The notes: a model not told the origin generated them from the sequence alone. DNA of 64,000 nucleotides from an uncultured delta proteobacterium (GCA_963792965.1 CAWBYW010000011.1:32001-96000), one strand, 5' to 3'; positions 31,185-42,442 are shown, counted from the stretch's first letter. Numbers and translations are program-made.

Positions 31185-32408
31185 GTGGACGAGATCACCC
31201 GTCTGAAAGAAGAGCCTCCGTCGCCCCCGAAAGAAGAACCCCCTTCGGGCCAATCCCCTCTATTATCCGCCGAAGAGAGCCAGCCGGAGCTTTTCTCGAC
31301 GATCTCACAGAATTCACTTACAAACGGAAACGGTTTCACCTTCATCGAGGGCGCCGACGGCGCAACGTCTCAGGCGCCGATCATCGCCCCGGAGCTGTTG
31401 AGTCGCCAGAGGATCGCCGCGGACCGGAGCTATCCCCTCCATGAACGCATCGAGGCCTTCGAGGATATCATCGATTCCGAGGTAGGCGATACGACACTGT
31501 CCCGAGCGCGTAATCTCGAGCGGGAGGTGGGGCTTCGGCAGATCTATTTCAAATTCGAGGGAGGAAACCCCACCGGCACCCAGAAGGATCGCATCGCCTT
31601 TGCCCAGGCGATGGACGCCATGCGCCGGGGATTTGACGCCATCACCGTGGCGACGTGTGGTAACTACGGCGTGGCGGTGGCGCTTGCCGCCTCCATGGCG
31701 GGGCTTAAGTGCTACGTCTACATTCCCGAGGGATACAAGGCAAAGCGCGTCCGGGAGATGCAGGACTACAAGGCCGAGATCATCCGGGTCCGGGGAGACT
31801 ACGAGACCTCCGTGGAGGTATCCCGAGAGCGCGCCATGAAAGACGAGATTTACGACGCCAACCCCGGGGGAGAGAACACCCCTCTCCAGCTTTCCGCCTA
31901 TGGCTCGATCGCTTACGAAATCTACGACGAGCTCCGGGACGCCCCCGCCGTCGTGGCGGCGCCGGTATCCAACGGGTCGACACTTGCAGGAATCTATAAA
32001 GGCTTCCTGAGCCTCTACCGCAGGGGCAAGACCTCGCGGATACCCCGTATGGTAGCGGGCTCATCTCATGGCAAGAACCCGATCATCAGGGCCTTCATCA
32101 AGAACGTCCCTCACTGTGAGGACATCGAGCCCAAAAGGATTCGGGAGACCGCCGTCAACGAGCCGCTCATCAACTGGCACTCGATCGACGGAGACCTGGC
32201 GCTGGACGCCATCAGGGTAACCTCCGGCTGGGCCCAGTATGCGAGTGACAAGAGCATGATCTCCTACGCGAGGCTCATGAAAGATCGGGAGGGGCTCAAC
32301 ATCCTGCCGGCTTCGACGGCGGGGCTTGTGGTGCTCCTGGAGCAGCATAAGAGGGAGCCGATGCCGGGGGACCGATACGTGGTCATCCTCACCGGGAGGA
32401 GATCATGA
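31185..32408 (+). CDS. PLP-dependent fold-type II enzyme, threonine synthase-like (start uncertain)
   Basis: KFEGGNPTGTQKDR, TCGNYG, PVSNGST. Confidence 0.88.
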   Translation: MDEITRLKEEPPSPPKEEPPSGQSPLLSAEESQPELFSTISQNSLTNGNGFTFIEGADGATSQAPIIAPELLSRQRIAADRSYPLHERIEAFEDIIDSEVGDTTLSRARNLEREVGLRQIYFKFEGGNPTGTQKDRIAFAQAMDAMRRGFDAITVATCGNYGVAVALAASMAGLKCYVYIPEGYKAKRVREMQDYKAEIIRVRGDYETSVEVSRERAMKDEIYDANPGGENTPLQLSAYGSIAYEIYDELRDAPAVVAAPVSNGSTLAGIYKGFLSLYRRGKTSRIPRMVAGSSHGKNPIIRAFIKNVPHCEDIEPKRIRETAVNEPLINWHSIDGDLALDAIRVTSGWAQYASDKSMISYARLMKDREGLNILPASTAGLVVLLEQHKREPMPGDRYVVILTGRRS

Positions 32409-33499
32409 CGGGGCTGCCCGAGGGGAACGCGATCGTCTATTGCGAGGGGGCCTTCGGGACGACATACGGAAAGACGGCGCACGGTCTGGTCCGTCGCACT
32501 CTCCGGTATCACGTCATCTCGGTGGTGGACAGCACGCTTTCCGGAAGGGACGCGGGGCGACTTATCGACGGGAAAAGCGCGGGTATCCCGATCTTTGCCG
32601 ATATACCCGAGGCCGTGGCGGCATCCCGAAACACCGCCGATCCCGCCACCCACCTCGTCATCGGCCTTGCCACCGACGGCGGTTACATCCCCAACAACGT
32701 CAGAGTGGACATAGCCCATGCGATAACCCTCGGGCTTTCCGTCGATTCGGGACTGCACGAATTTATGACCGAGGACGATACTCTCGTGGGCCTGGCGCGG
32801 CAGTATGGCGTCACGCTGAGGGACATCCGAAAACCGCCGCCGCGAAAGGAGCTCCACTTTTTTTCGGGCAAGATCTCAGATGTGACCTCTCTGATCGTCG
32901 CCGTCCTCGGCACCGATTCGGCCGTCGGGAAGCGGACGACGGCCTGGCTGGTGACCGATGCCCTGAGGGAGCGGGGGTATAGCGCCGAGCTTATCGGCAC
33001 GGGGCAGACCGCGTGGATGCAGGGGGTCGCGTACGGGATCATGCTGGACTCGCTGGTCAACGACTTCGTTGCCGGGGAGATCGAGCATGCCGTCTGGAGG
33101 GCCTGGAGCGAGAAACGGCCGGACGTCATCATTATCGAGGGACAGGGAAGCCTCATGAATCCGGCATACCCCGGCGGGTTCGAGATCCTGGCCGCGGCAA
33201 GGCCGGACGCGGTCATCCTCCAGCACGCCCCGGCCCGCGCCGAATACGACGGCTTCCCCGGCTATCCGCTGCACCCTATAGAAAAGCAGGTCAAGGCCGT
33301 CGAATTCCTCTCCGGGCGGAAGGTTATCTGTGTGACGGTTAACCACGAAGGGATGAGACCGGCGGACGTGCCGGCCGCCTGCGCCGAGATCACGAAAAAG
33401 ACGGGTCTTGGCGCTTCCGACGTCCTGATTTCCGGCGCCGGGTCGGTGGCCGACGCCCTTGTGCCCTACCTCCAGCGGAAAAAGGCGGGCGCGAGATGA
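32405..33499 (+). CDS. DUF1611 family protein (DgcN-like)
   Basis: GKTAHGL.R, SGLHEF, GTD.AVGKRTT, GTGQT, DFVAG.IE, EGQGS; ATGA overlaps at both ends. Confidence 0.9.
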   Translation: MTGLPEGNAIVYCEGAFGTTYGKTAHGLVRRTLRYHVISVVDSTLSGRDAGRLIDGKSAGIPIFADIPEAVAASRNTADPATHLVIGLATDGGYIPNNVRVDIAHAITLGLSVDSGLHEFMTEDDTLVGLARQYGVTLRDIRKPPPRKELHFFSGKISDVTSLIVAVLGTDSAVGKRTTAWLVTDALRERGYSAELIGTGQTAWMQGVAYGIMLDSLVNDFVAGEIEHAVWRAWSEKRPDVIIIEGQGSLMNPAYPGGFEILAAARPDAVILQHAPARAEYDGFPGYPLHPIEKQVKAVEFLSGRKVICVTVNHEGMRPADVPAACAEITKKTGLGASDVLISGAGSVADALVPYLQRKKAGAR

Positions 33500-35077
33500 G
33501 GCCCGAGATCGTCTCTACCGGGCAGACCGCGCGGCGGGAAGACCCAATGAACGGTGATTCCCATCCCGATACCGACCCCTTCCGTTGTCTTTCGGTCATC
33601 GACCGCCTCGAGGTGGGGCCCGTCAGGGTCGAGAAGCGCCGCCTCATCTGCCCGTATACCGTTTTCCAGGGAGAGTCGACCGATACCTTCCGGCTCATCT
33701 ACCGGTGGGGAGAGGACGTCTTCGATCCCTCGGAGACTGCCGACCGGAACCTCGCCGGAATGATCGCGGCCCAGGTCGCGCTTAACTACGGACTCTTCTG
33801 CGATGAGATTCGGTTTTGCGGTCCCTTTGACGAGCACGACCGCCGCTTCCTCGCCGAGATGGCCGAGAACACCTCGTGCGAGATCTATGTCAAGAAGTTC
33901 CTCCAGCCCAATCCCTTCCTCTTCGGGGCGGCGGCGTCGCTTCCCGTGATAAGGCGGCCGAGCTACCTCCGTGCCCGCCTTTCGTTTGAGGACATGTCGC
34001 CACGCAACATCCGAACGACCCGCAAAACCAGCGGATGGAGGACGGACCCAAGAAAACACGCCGTCCTCTCCAGCGGCGGGAAGGATAGCCTCCTCACCTT
34101 CGGGATCCTTGACGAACTGGGACAGGAGGTATCCCCGATCTTCATCAACGAATCGGGGCGGCACTGGTTTACCGCCCTCAACGCATACCGGTCTTTTACA
34201 GAGCGCGTCCCTCGCGCCGCCCGGGTCTGGACAAACGCGGACCGGCTCTTCTGCTGGATGACACGGCGCCTCCCCTTCGTCCGCCCCGATTTTGGCCGGT
34301 TGCGGTCGGACGAATACCCAATCCGCCTCTGGACGGTGGCGGTCTTCCTCTTCGGGGCGCTCCCCTTGATCAGGAAGAGGGGTATCGGAAGGCTTTCGCT
34401 CGGCGACGAGTTTGATACGACACGCTTTGCCCTCCATCACGGGATCCCCCACTTCGACGGCCTCTTTGACCAGAGCCTCGTCTTCGACCGCGCCCTGACT
34501 GCCTATTATAGGAGCAAGGGGTGGGGGATCGACCAGTTCTCGCTGCTGCGGCCGCTTTCCGAGCTCCTCATCCAGAAGATCCTCTCCCTGCGGTATCCCG
34601 AGCTCCTTTCCGTACAGGTCTCATGCCACGCGGCCCACATCAGGGGGGGGCGCGTCTACCCGTGCGGGAGGTGCGAGAAGTGCCGGCAGAATCGTCGGCA
34701 TGATGACGACGTTCGGAGCCGACCCGTCCGTTCTCGGCTATTCGGGGACACAGGTTGAGCAGTGCCTGAGGAAGATCGACAAGATGGGGGTGGACCAGGA
34801 GGGTGAAGGAGCCGAGCATCTCTATTTCCTCCTGAAGGGGCTCGGGAAGACTTCGGGGGGCTCGCGTACGGTGCGGCCGCACCCTGAGGTGGAAAAGCTC
34901 AGGTTCGATGCGCGGGTATCCCCGGTCGACGCGATACCCTCCGATCTCTCGGACCGGGTCTATGACATCTTGGGCCGTTATGCCCGGGGGACGGTTATGT
35001 GGGACGGCTCGGCGTGGGTCGATCAGGGACCTTCGCACACGGTCGCGTCGGCCGGCGGCCACTTAAAAAAGGGTTAG
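33496..35077 (+). CDS. PP-loop ATP-pyrophosphatase-like protein (MurL/QueC-like), frameshift near 34690
   Basis: LSSGGKDSL PP-loop, SCH and CGRCEKC; continues in ORF 34700-35077. Confidence 0.7.
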
Positions 35078-35081
35078 CGGG

Positions 35082-36148
35082 ATGAAGATCACCGGTCTTG
35101 AGGCATGGTCGGCTACCATGAGGCTCTCCGAGCCCTATACCATCGCCTATGAATCGATTGAGGCGGCAACCAATATCTTTTTGCGGGTCAAGACGAACGG
35201 CGGGATCGTCGGGTACGGATGCGCCGCCCCGGACCTCGAGGTGACGGGAGAAACCCCGGATTCGGCCTCAGATACATCGACGATGCCATTCGTCCGGCGG
35301 TGGTTGGATCCGATCCGCTGCGCATTCGGCTCGCGCTGGAGGCGGTAAGGCGCGCCGGCCCGGTCTCCCCCGAGGCCCTGGCGGCCCTCGATATGGCGCT
35401 GTTAGACATCCTCGGAAAGGTTGCCGGACTCCCTCTCTTTGTGCTCCTCGGCGGGATGAGAGATCAGATCCGGACGAGCGCAACCGTCGGGATCCTTCCC
35501 CCCGATCAGACCGTAAAGAAGGCCCGAGACCTGATCGGACAGGGGTTCACGTCGCTCAAGCTCAAGGGGGGAGTCGATGTCGAGTCCGATATCGAGCGGT
35601 TTCTTAAGGTACGAGAGGCGGTCGGGGACGGCGTCGAGCTTTCCCTTGACGCAAACCAGGGGTACGCGGCGGAAGAAAGCCTGAGATTCATACGGGGAAC
35701 AAAGGCCGCACGCCTTGTCTTTCTGGAACAGCCCACCCCCCGGCGTGACCTGGAGCTTCTCGGATACGTAAGCTCGATGACGGACCTTCCAGTGATGGCC
35801 GATGAGTCTCTCCTCACCCTTGATGACGCCGTAACCCTCGCCCGGCGGGGGGTCGTGGACCTCTTCAACGTCAAGGTCATGAAGGTCGGCGGCATCATCG
35901 AGGCGCAGCAGATCGCGGCGGTGGCGCGTGCGTTCGGGATCGGTGTCATGGTGGGGTCTACGGACGAGGCGGCCCTCGGGATCGCGGCGGGGCTTGCCGT
36001 CGCGTTGGCCGATCCCGCCGTCCAGCGTGCAGATCTCGACGGCAATCTTCCGCTCGAGGGGGACCCGTCGTCCGGCGCGGTAATCCTGAGCTCCGGCTCC
36101 CTGTCTCCCACAGGCAGGCCCGGCCTCGGACTGGACCTCGACGCCTGA
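35082..36148 (+). CDS. enolase-superfamily dipeptide epimerase/N-acyl amino acid racemase, frameshift near 35265
   Basis: L.EPYTIAY, G.G.AAP, KLK, DANQ, EQP, ADES, NVKVMK.GG, DLDG. Confidence 0.9.
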
Positions 36149-36423
36149 TACACAAAAGCCTTGACTCGAACCGGTAACTGCGCTATCTTTCTTGCGGCGG
36201 GGTGGGAGGTCGAGGGTCTTAGTCTCATATGGGCTTCATCTGTTCTTACCTCCTGCTGTCTTCCCTTCCCCTTTCCATGCCTGCCGCCCGACGGCCCTTC
36301 TGTGAGCAGCCAGACGGGAGCCCCGTGGTGCCCAGACGCGTCATCGTTACGTCCGGTCCTACTAATAACAACTCGTTTTATAAAGGGTAATAAACCAACA
36401 TCTTTCGTATCGTGAGGTAGCCA

Positions 36424-38118
36424 ATGGCCAAAAATGAACAGATCTGGAGGAAATCATGGGACCCGGGGCTTACGGACCTGGATCCAAGGTCGTGGGAAGT
36501 CAATTTCGTCGATGCCGTAAAGCCGGCCTTCGAGCGCTTCTCCGACAGGGCGGCCCTCGCCTTCATGGGGACGGAGATCACGTTCAGAGAACTCGATAAG
36601 CTGTCCAACCGGTTTGCCGACATGCTGATCAAGAACGGGTTCAAGAAAGGAGACCTCGTCGGCATTAACCTCCCGAATATCCCCGAATATGTCATCGCGT
36701 GGCTGGGAACCCTCAAGGCGGGGTGCGTCGTCTCCGGGGTGTCACCCCTCCTCTCGACTGAGGAGATGGAATACCAGCTTATGGACGCGGACGCAAAGGG
36801 CCTGGTGACGCTCGATGCGATCTTCGCCGCCCGGGTTACCAAAATCGCGGCAAACCTGCCAAAGCTCAAGGTCGTGGTTGCGGCGAGCGTCGGCGGGTTT
36901 TTGCCTCCCGTTAAGCGGGTGTTGGCAAAACTCCTTAAGAAGATCCCGATGGGGGAGGTGACGCCGCTTCCCGGAAAGACCGTCTATCGGATGGAAGAGG
37001 TCATCAAGACCGCGAAGTTTTCGGATAAGGCGTCCGGCGTCAAGATCACACCCGACGATATTGCCCTCGTCCAGTACACCGGCGGCACGACCGGCGCGCC
37101 CAAGGGAGCGATGCTCTCGCACCGCAACGTCGTCTCCGACCTTCTGATTGTCCAGAGGTGGCTGGCCTGGGAGCCGGGTAAGGGGCCGGCGCTCTCGGGA
37201 TTTCCCTTCTTTCACATCGCGGGACTCTTCTTCAATGAAAACTGTATATACCTCGGCTGGACCCAGGTGCTGATCCCCAACCCGCGGGACACGAAGCATA
37301 TCACGAGCGAGCTTGCCAAATACCGGCCGACGACCCTCGTCAACGTGCCGTCGCTCTTCCAGCTTCTCATCGCCGAGCCGAAGTTCAAGACGCTGGATCA
37401 CTCGAACCTCGAGGTCTGTATTTCGGCGGCTTCTCCGTTCCCCGAGGAATCCCAGAAGGAGTTGGAGGCGATCGTCGGCAAGGAGAAGTTGTTGGAGGTC
37501 TACGGGATGTCGGAGACCTCTCCGCTCACGGTCATGAACCCCTCCAAAGGAAAGAAAAAACTGGGCACTATCGGGCTTCCGATTCTCAACACGGACATCA
37601 AACTGGTGGATCACGCCACGGGCAAAGAGGTCGGATCGGGGCAGCCGGGCGAGATGTGGATCAAGGGGCCCCATGTCATGATCGGCTACTACAGGAAGCC
37701 CGAGGAGACGAAAAACGCCGTCGACAAGGAAGGATATATGCACACCGGTGACGTGGCCGTCATGGACAACGAAGGGTACCTGAGGATCGTGGATCGTACC
37801 AAGGACATGATCATCGTCGGAGGGTTCAAGGTCTTCTCGGTGAAGGTGGAGGATGTCCTGTCCAGACATCCGGCCGTAGACATAAGCGCGATGGTGGGCG
37901 TGCCCAACCCCGAGCGGCCCGGCTCGGAGGTCGTCAAGGCGTTTATCCAGCTCAAGCCGGAATATGCCGCGGGCGACAAAGATGCGCTCAAGAAGGAGAT
38001 CTTCAGCTACGCCAAGGAGAAGCTTTCACCCTACGAGGTGCCGAAGGTCATCGAGTTCATGGACGCACTGCCGCTGACGGCCGTGGGGAAGCTCGACAAG
38101 AAGAAACTGAGAAAATAG
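36424..38118 (+). CDS. long-chain fatty acid--CoA ligase (AMP-binding), copy 1
   Basis: YTGGTTG.PKG, YGMSETSP, TGD, DR.KDMI, T.VGKLDKK; 564 aa. Confidence 0.95.
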   Translation: MAKNEQIWRKSWDPGLTDLDPRSWEVNFVDAVKPAFERFSDRAALAFMGTEITFRELDKLSNRFADMLIKNGFKKGDLVGINLPNIPEYVIAWLGTLKAGCVVSGVSPLLSTEEMEYQLMDADAKGLVTLDAIFAARVTKIAANLPKLKVVVAASVGGFLPPVKRVLAKLLKKIPMGEVTPLPGKTVYRMEEVIKTAKFSDKASGVKITPDDIALVQYTGGTTGAPKGAMLSHRNVVSDLLIVQRWLAWEPGKGPALSGFPFFHIAGLFFNENCIYLGWTQVLIPNPRDTKHITSELAKYRPTTLVNVPSLFQLLIAEPKFKTLDHSNLEVCISAASPFPEESQKELEAIVGKEKLLEVYGMSETSPLTVMNPSKGKKKLGTIGLPILNTDIKLVDHATGKEVGSGQPGEMWIKGPHVMIGYYRKPEETKNAVDKEGYMHTGDVAVMDNEGYLRIVDRTKDMIIVGGFKVFSVKVEDVLSRHPAVDISAMVGVPNPERPGSEVVKAFIQLKPEYAAGDKDALKKEIFSYAKEKLSPYEVPKVIEFMDALPLTAVGKLDKKKLRK

Positions 38119-38286
38119 ACGGACTATCGGTAATCAGGGTGGACGTATTGTCCCCGATGCACGATCGGATTCATCGATACAGGAGACCAACCCCGCAGCG
38201 CTTTCTGCTCACCCCCCGAGAAGGGGTCGGCCTGTCTGCGGGGACTTCACATGCATATTGGTTTTTTAACTCGAGGGAGGCATCGT

Positions 38287-39981
38287 ATGTCGAAAAGGGA
38301 GCAAATCTGGAAGAAATCATGGGATCCAGGGCTGTCGGACCTGGATCCAAAAATATGGGAAACGAGCCTGGTGGAGGCGTTTGCGCCGACCTTCAGGGAC
38401 TTCCCGGATAAGGCGGCACTTGCATTCATGGGGACGGAGATTACCTTCCATGAGCTCGACGTTATGGCCAATCGGTTTGCGAATATGCTTATCGAAAGCG
38501 GGTTCAAGAAAGGTGACCTCGTCGGGATCAACCTCCCGAACATCCCCGAGTATGTCATCGCGTGGCTCGGGGCGCTCCGGGTCGGGTGCGCCGTTTCCGG
38601 TGTCTCCCCGCTCCTCTCGACGGAAGAGACGGCCTATCAGCTCAGAGACTCCGACGCAAAGGGACTGGTGACGCTGGACGCGATCTTTGCCGGCCGGCTT
38701 ACAAAGATCGCGCAGGACCTCCCCAAGCTCAAGCTCGTGGTGGTGGCAAGCATCGGTGGATTCTTGCCTCCCGTTAAGCGAGTCCTGGCAAAGCTCCTCA
38801 AGAAGATCCCAACGGGCAAGGTGACGCCACTTCCCGGTAAGACCGTTTACCTGATCGAGGAAGTCATCAAGACCAAGAAATATTCGGACAAGAACCCCGG
38901 CGTGAAAATCTCGCCCGACGACATCGCCTATATCCAGTATACCGGCGGCACCACCGGCGCCCCAAAGGGGGCGATGCTCTCCCACCGAAACGCGGTGTCA
39001 AACCTGATAGTCGTCTATAAATGGCTCGGCTGGGAGAGAGGCAAGGGCCCGGCGCTTTCGGGTTATCCCTTCTTTCATATCGCGGGACTTTTCATTAACG
39101 AGATGGGTAACTACCTCGGCTGGACGCAGGTATTGATCCCCAACCCGCGGGACACCAAGCATATCACGGACGAGATCGTTAAGTACCGGCCGACCGCCCT
39201 CATCAATGTTCCCTCTCTTTACCAGCTCCTCATGGCGGAGCCGAAGTTCAAGGCGCTGGATCACTCGAAACTGGCCGCCTGCGTTTCGTCGGCCTCACCG
39301 TTTCCGAAGGAATCCCAAAAGGAGCTGGAGGAGATCGTGGGAAAGGGGAAACTCATAGAGAACTACGGGATGTCGGAGACCTCACCGCTGATCGCCAGCA
39401 ATCCCTCCAAGGGTAAGAAGAAGCTCGGCTCAATCGGTGTCCCGATCCTCAATACCGACGTTAGGCTGGTGGACCCCCAAACGGGCAAGGAGGCCGAGCT
39501 CGGCCAACCAGGTGAGATCTGCGTCAAAGGTCCTCAGGTGATGGTGGGGTACTACAAGAAGCCCGACGAGACGAAAAACGCCATCGACAAGGACGGCTAC
39601 ATGCACACCGGCGACGTGGCGATCATGGACGACGAGGGATATCTGAAGATCGTGGACCGCACGAAAGACATGATCATCGTTTCCGGGTTCAAGGTCTTCT
39701 CGGTGAAGGTCGAGGATGTGCTGACCAAGCACCCCGCCATCGACATGATCGCGACAATCGGCGTGCCCAATCCCGAGCGGCCCGGCTCCGAGATCGTCAA
39801 GGCGTTCGTCCAGCTGAAACCGGAGTACGCCCAGAAGGATAAAGAGGAGCTTAAGAAAGACATCACGAGCTTCGCCAAGGCGAAGCTCACTCCGTATGAG
39901 GTGCCCAAGGTCATCGAGTTCATGGATGCGCTGCCGCTGACAGCCGTGGGCAAGCTCGATAAAAAGAAGCTGCGCAAGTAA
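38287..39981 (+). CDS. long-chain fatty acid--CoA ligase, copy 2
   Basis: Same motifs; GGGAGG RBS; 564 aa from ATG 38287. Confidence 0.95.
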   Translation: MSKREQIWKKSWDPGLSDLDPKIWETSLVEAFAPTFRDFPDKAALAFMGTEITFHELDVMANRFANMLIESGFKKGDLVGINLPNIPEYVIAWLGALRVGCAVSGVSPLLSTEETAYQLRDSDAKGLVTLDAIFAGRLTKIAQDLPKLKLVVVASIGGFLPPVKRVLAKLLKKIPTGKVTPLPGKTVYLIEEVIKTKKYSDKNPGVKISPDDIAYIQYTGGTTGAPKGAMLSHRNAVSNLIVVYKWLGWERGKGPALSGYPFFHIAGLFINEMGNYLGWTQVLIPNPRDTKHITDEIVKYRPTALINVPSLYQLLMAEPKFKALDHSKLAACVSSASPFPKESQKELEEIVGKGKLIENYGMSETSPLIASNPSKGKKKLGSIGVPILNTDVRLVDPQTGKEAELGQPGEICVKGPQVMVGYYKKPDETKNAIDKDGYMHTGDVAIMDDEGYLKIVDRTKDMIIVSGFKVFSVKVEDVLTKHPAIDMIATIGVPNPERPGSEIVKAFVQLKPEYAQKDKEELKKDITSFAKAKLTPYEVPKVIEFMDALPLTAVGKLDKKKLRK

Positions 39982-40151
39982 ACACAGACAAAAAGAAACG
40001 GGGTGGAGATATCCACCCTGTCCTTTACAGGGTTTCGGACCCATGGAACCGACCCTTATTTCCGCTTATCTCTATCTCCCGTTCAGAGAGCCGGCTTACC
40101 CATGGCGATTTCACGCTCACGTTTATCGTTTGACCTAAAGGGAGGCATCGC

Positions 40152-41846
40152 ATGTCAAAAAGGGAGCAGATCTGGAGGAAATCATGGGACAAGGGGCTGA
40201 CCGATCTTGACCCACAGCTGTTCGAGAAGAGCATCGTCGACGCCGTAAGGCCGTCCTTCGAGCGGCTCCCTAACAGGGCCGCCCTTGCCTACATGGGGAC
40301 CGAGATTTCCTTCCGGGACCTCGACCGCTACGCCAACCGATTCGCGGACATGCTCATCAAGAACGGGCTTAAAAAGGGCGACGTGGTGGGGATCAACCTC
40401 CCCAATATCCCCGCGTATGTCATCGCGTGGCTCGGGATACTCAAGGCCGGGTGCGTCGTCTCCGGCGTCTCGCCCCTTCTCTCGACTGAGGAAATGGAGT
40501 ACCAGCTTTTAGATTCCGATGCAAAGGGGTTGGTCACGCTGGACGCGATCTTCGCCGCCAGGGTAACCAAGATCGCCGACAGGCTGCCAAGACTGAAGGT
40601 CGTCGTGGCAGTGAGCATCGGCGACTTCCTACCATCGGTCAAGCGCGTGCTCGGTAAGCTCCTCAAGAAGTTCCCAACCGGTGAGGTCACGCCCCTTTCA
40701 GGAAAGCAAGTCTACCGGATGGAGGAGGTCGTCAACAACGACGCATTCTCCGAAAAGGATCCCGGCGTAAAGCTCGCACCCGGCGACCTCGCCTACGTTC
40801 AGTATACCGGCGGTACCACCGGGATCCCCAAGGGGGCGATGCTCTCTCACCGCAACATCGTCTCTGACATCCTGTGTGTGTCCAAATGGTTCGGATGGGA
40901 GCCGGGAGCCGGGGTGGCGGTTAACGGGTTTCCATTCTTTCACATTGCCGGGATCTTTGTCAATGCAATTTGTCTCCAACTCGGGCTTACACAACCCTTG
41001 ATCCCAAACCCTCGAAATACCGGCCACATCGCGCAGGAGATCGCCAAGTACCGGCCAAGGCTGATGCTTAACGTGCCCGCCCTCTACCAGCTCCTCATGG
41101 CGGACCCGAAATTCAAGAAGCTCGATCATTCGAGCCTCGAAGTCTGCATATCGGGCGCGTCCCCCTTCCCCGAGGAGTCACAGAAGGAGCTGGAGGCCAT
41201 TGTCGGCAAGGGAAAGCTGATCGAGACCTTCGGGATGTCCGAGACCTCCCCGCTGCTCTTCCTTAATCCCTACAAGGGGAAGAAAAAGCTCGGCTCGATT
41301 GGGCTCCCGCTCCTGAACACCGACGTCAAGCTCGTCGAGCCTGCAACCGGTGCCGAGGTGGGCATCGGGAAGCCGGGAGAGATGTGGGTGAAGGGACCCG
41401 AGGTGATGTCCGGATACTACAAGAAGCCCGAGGAGAATAAGATCGCGTTTGACAAGGACGGCTACTTTCGCACGGGCGACGTCGCGGTCATGGACGACGA
41501 GGGATATCTGAGGGTCGTGGACCGTACCAAGGATATGATCATCGTATCCGGATACAAGGTCTTCTCCGTGAAGGTGGAGGGTGCGCTCACCGAGCATCCG
41601 GCAATCGATATGATCGCCACTGTCGGCGTGCCTAACCCCGAGCGGCCCGGCTCCGAGATCGTCAAGGCGTTCGTACAGCTCAAGCCGGAGTATGCGCAAG
41701 CGGACAAGGAAGCCCTCAAGAAGGACATCACGGCCTTCGCAAAAGAAAAGCTCACGCCCTACGAGGTGCCCAAGGTCATTGAGTTCATGGACGCGCTGCC
41801 GCTCACTCCCGTTGGCAAGCTCGACAAGAAGAAGCTGAGAAAGTAA
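40152..41846 (+). CDS. long-chain fatty acid--CoA ligase, copy 3
   Basis: Same motifs (FGMSETSP); 564 aa. Confidence 0.95.
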   Translation: MSKREQIWRKSWDKGLTDLDPQLFEKSIVDAVRPSFERLPNRAALAYMGTEISFRDLDRYANRFADMLIKNGLKKGDVVGINLPNIPAYVIAWLGILKAGCVVSGVSPLLSTEEMEYQLLDSDAKGLVTLDAIFAARVTKIADRLPRLKVVVAVSIGDFLPSVKRVLGKLLKKFPTGEVTPLSGKQVYRMEEVVNNDAFSEKDPGVKLAPGDLAYVQYTGGTTGIPKGAMLSHRNIVSDILCVSKWFGWEPGAGVAVNGFPFFHIAGIFVNAICLQLGLTQPLIPNPRNTGHIAQEIAKYRPRLMLNVPALYQLLMADPKFKKLDHSSLEVCISGASPFPEESQKELEAIVGKGKLIETFGMSETSPLLFLNPYKGKKKLGSIGLPLLNTDVKLVEPATGAEVGIGKPGEMWVKGPEVMSGYYKKPEENKIAFDKDGYFRTGDVAVMDDEGYLRVVDRTKDMIIVSGYKVFSVKVEGALTEHPAIDMIATVGVPNPERPGSEIVKAFVQLKPEYAQADKEALKKDITAFAKEKLTPYEVPKVIEFMDALPLTPVGKLDKKKLRK

Positions 41847-41863
41847 TAGAAATATCGGAATGG

Positions 41864-41894
41864 AAACGGGGTGGAGAAATCCACCCCGTTTTTT
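41864..41894 (+). terminator. intrinsic terminator after ligase copy 3
   Basis: AAACGGGGTGGA-GAAA-TCCACCCCGTTTTTT; a degenerate copy lies at 39996-40020. Confidence 0.85.
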
Positions 41895-41950
41895 ACTCTT
41901 GTCTGAAAACGCCGGACATAGATCTCAGGGAGCGGAAATTCACCTCTCGC

Positions 41951-42442
41951 CTACCCCGTGGGGTCCTTCTCAGGCTCCGCCTCTCCGGAAATTATATCGA
42001 CAAGCCGGTCGATGAATACCATCTGTCCCTTGAGGAGCTTCTCTCTGGCCGCGGGTATCCCAAACCACGCGGCCCTGTCTACCTCGGGGAACTCCTGCTC
42101 CTTGCCCGATCCGGGCGGCCATTCGAGTACGAAGGTGTTGCTCTTGATCGTGGAAGGGTCGCAGTCTCGCTGGTGCGCCCATACGTGTACTACCTTACCG
42201 CCGGGCTGCTTGACGCTGCCGAGCGGGGTGAATGTCCCGTCGACGTGAACTCCTGTCTCCTCGAAGAACTCGCGCTTTGCCGCGCTCAATGCGTCTTCGT
42301 CCTCCGTGAATTCGCCCTTGGGGATCGACCATGCGCCGTCGTCTTTCTTCGCCCAAAAAGGCCCTCCCGGGTGAACCAGAAACAGCTCGAGGATCGCTCC
42401 GTTGAAGCGAAACAGCAGGATCCCGGCGCTCTGCCTCGGCAT
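41951..42442 (-). CDS. NUDIX hydrolase
   Basis: SAGILL, LVHPGGPFW, WSIPKGE...ED...AAKREF.EETG, FPEVDRA.WF. Confidence 0.92.
   Translation of the reverse strand: MPRQSAGILLFRFNGAILELFLVHPGGPFWAKKDDGAWSIPKGEFTEDEDALSAAKREFFEETGVHVDGTFTPLGSVKQPGGKVVHVWAHQRDCDPSTIKSNTFVLEWPPGSGKEQEFPEVDRAAWFGIPAAREKLLKGQMVFIDRLVDIISGEAEPEKDPTG

Noticed and set aside
31205-31250. KEEPPS tandem repeat at the start of the PLP enzyme
   Set aside because: Only two imperfect copies in a low-complexity extension; start codon uncertain
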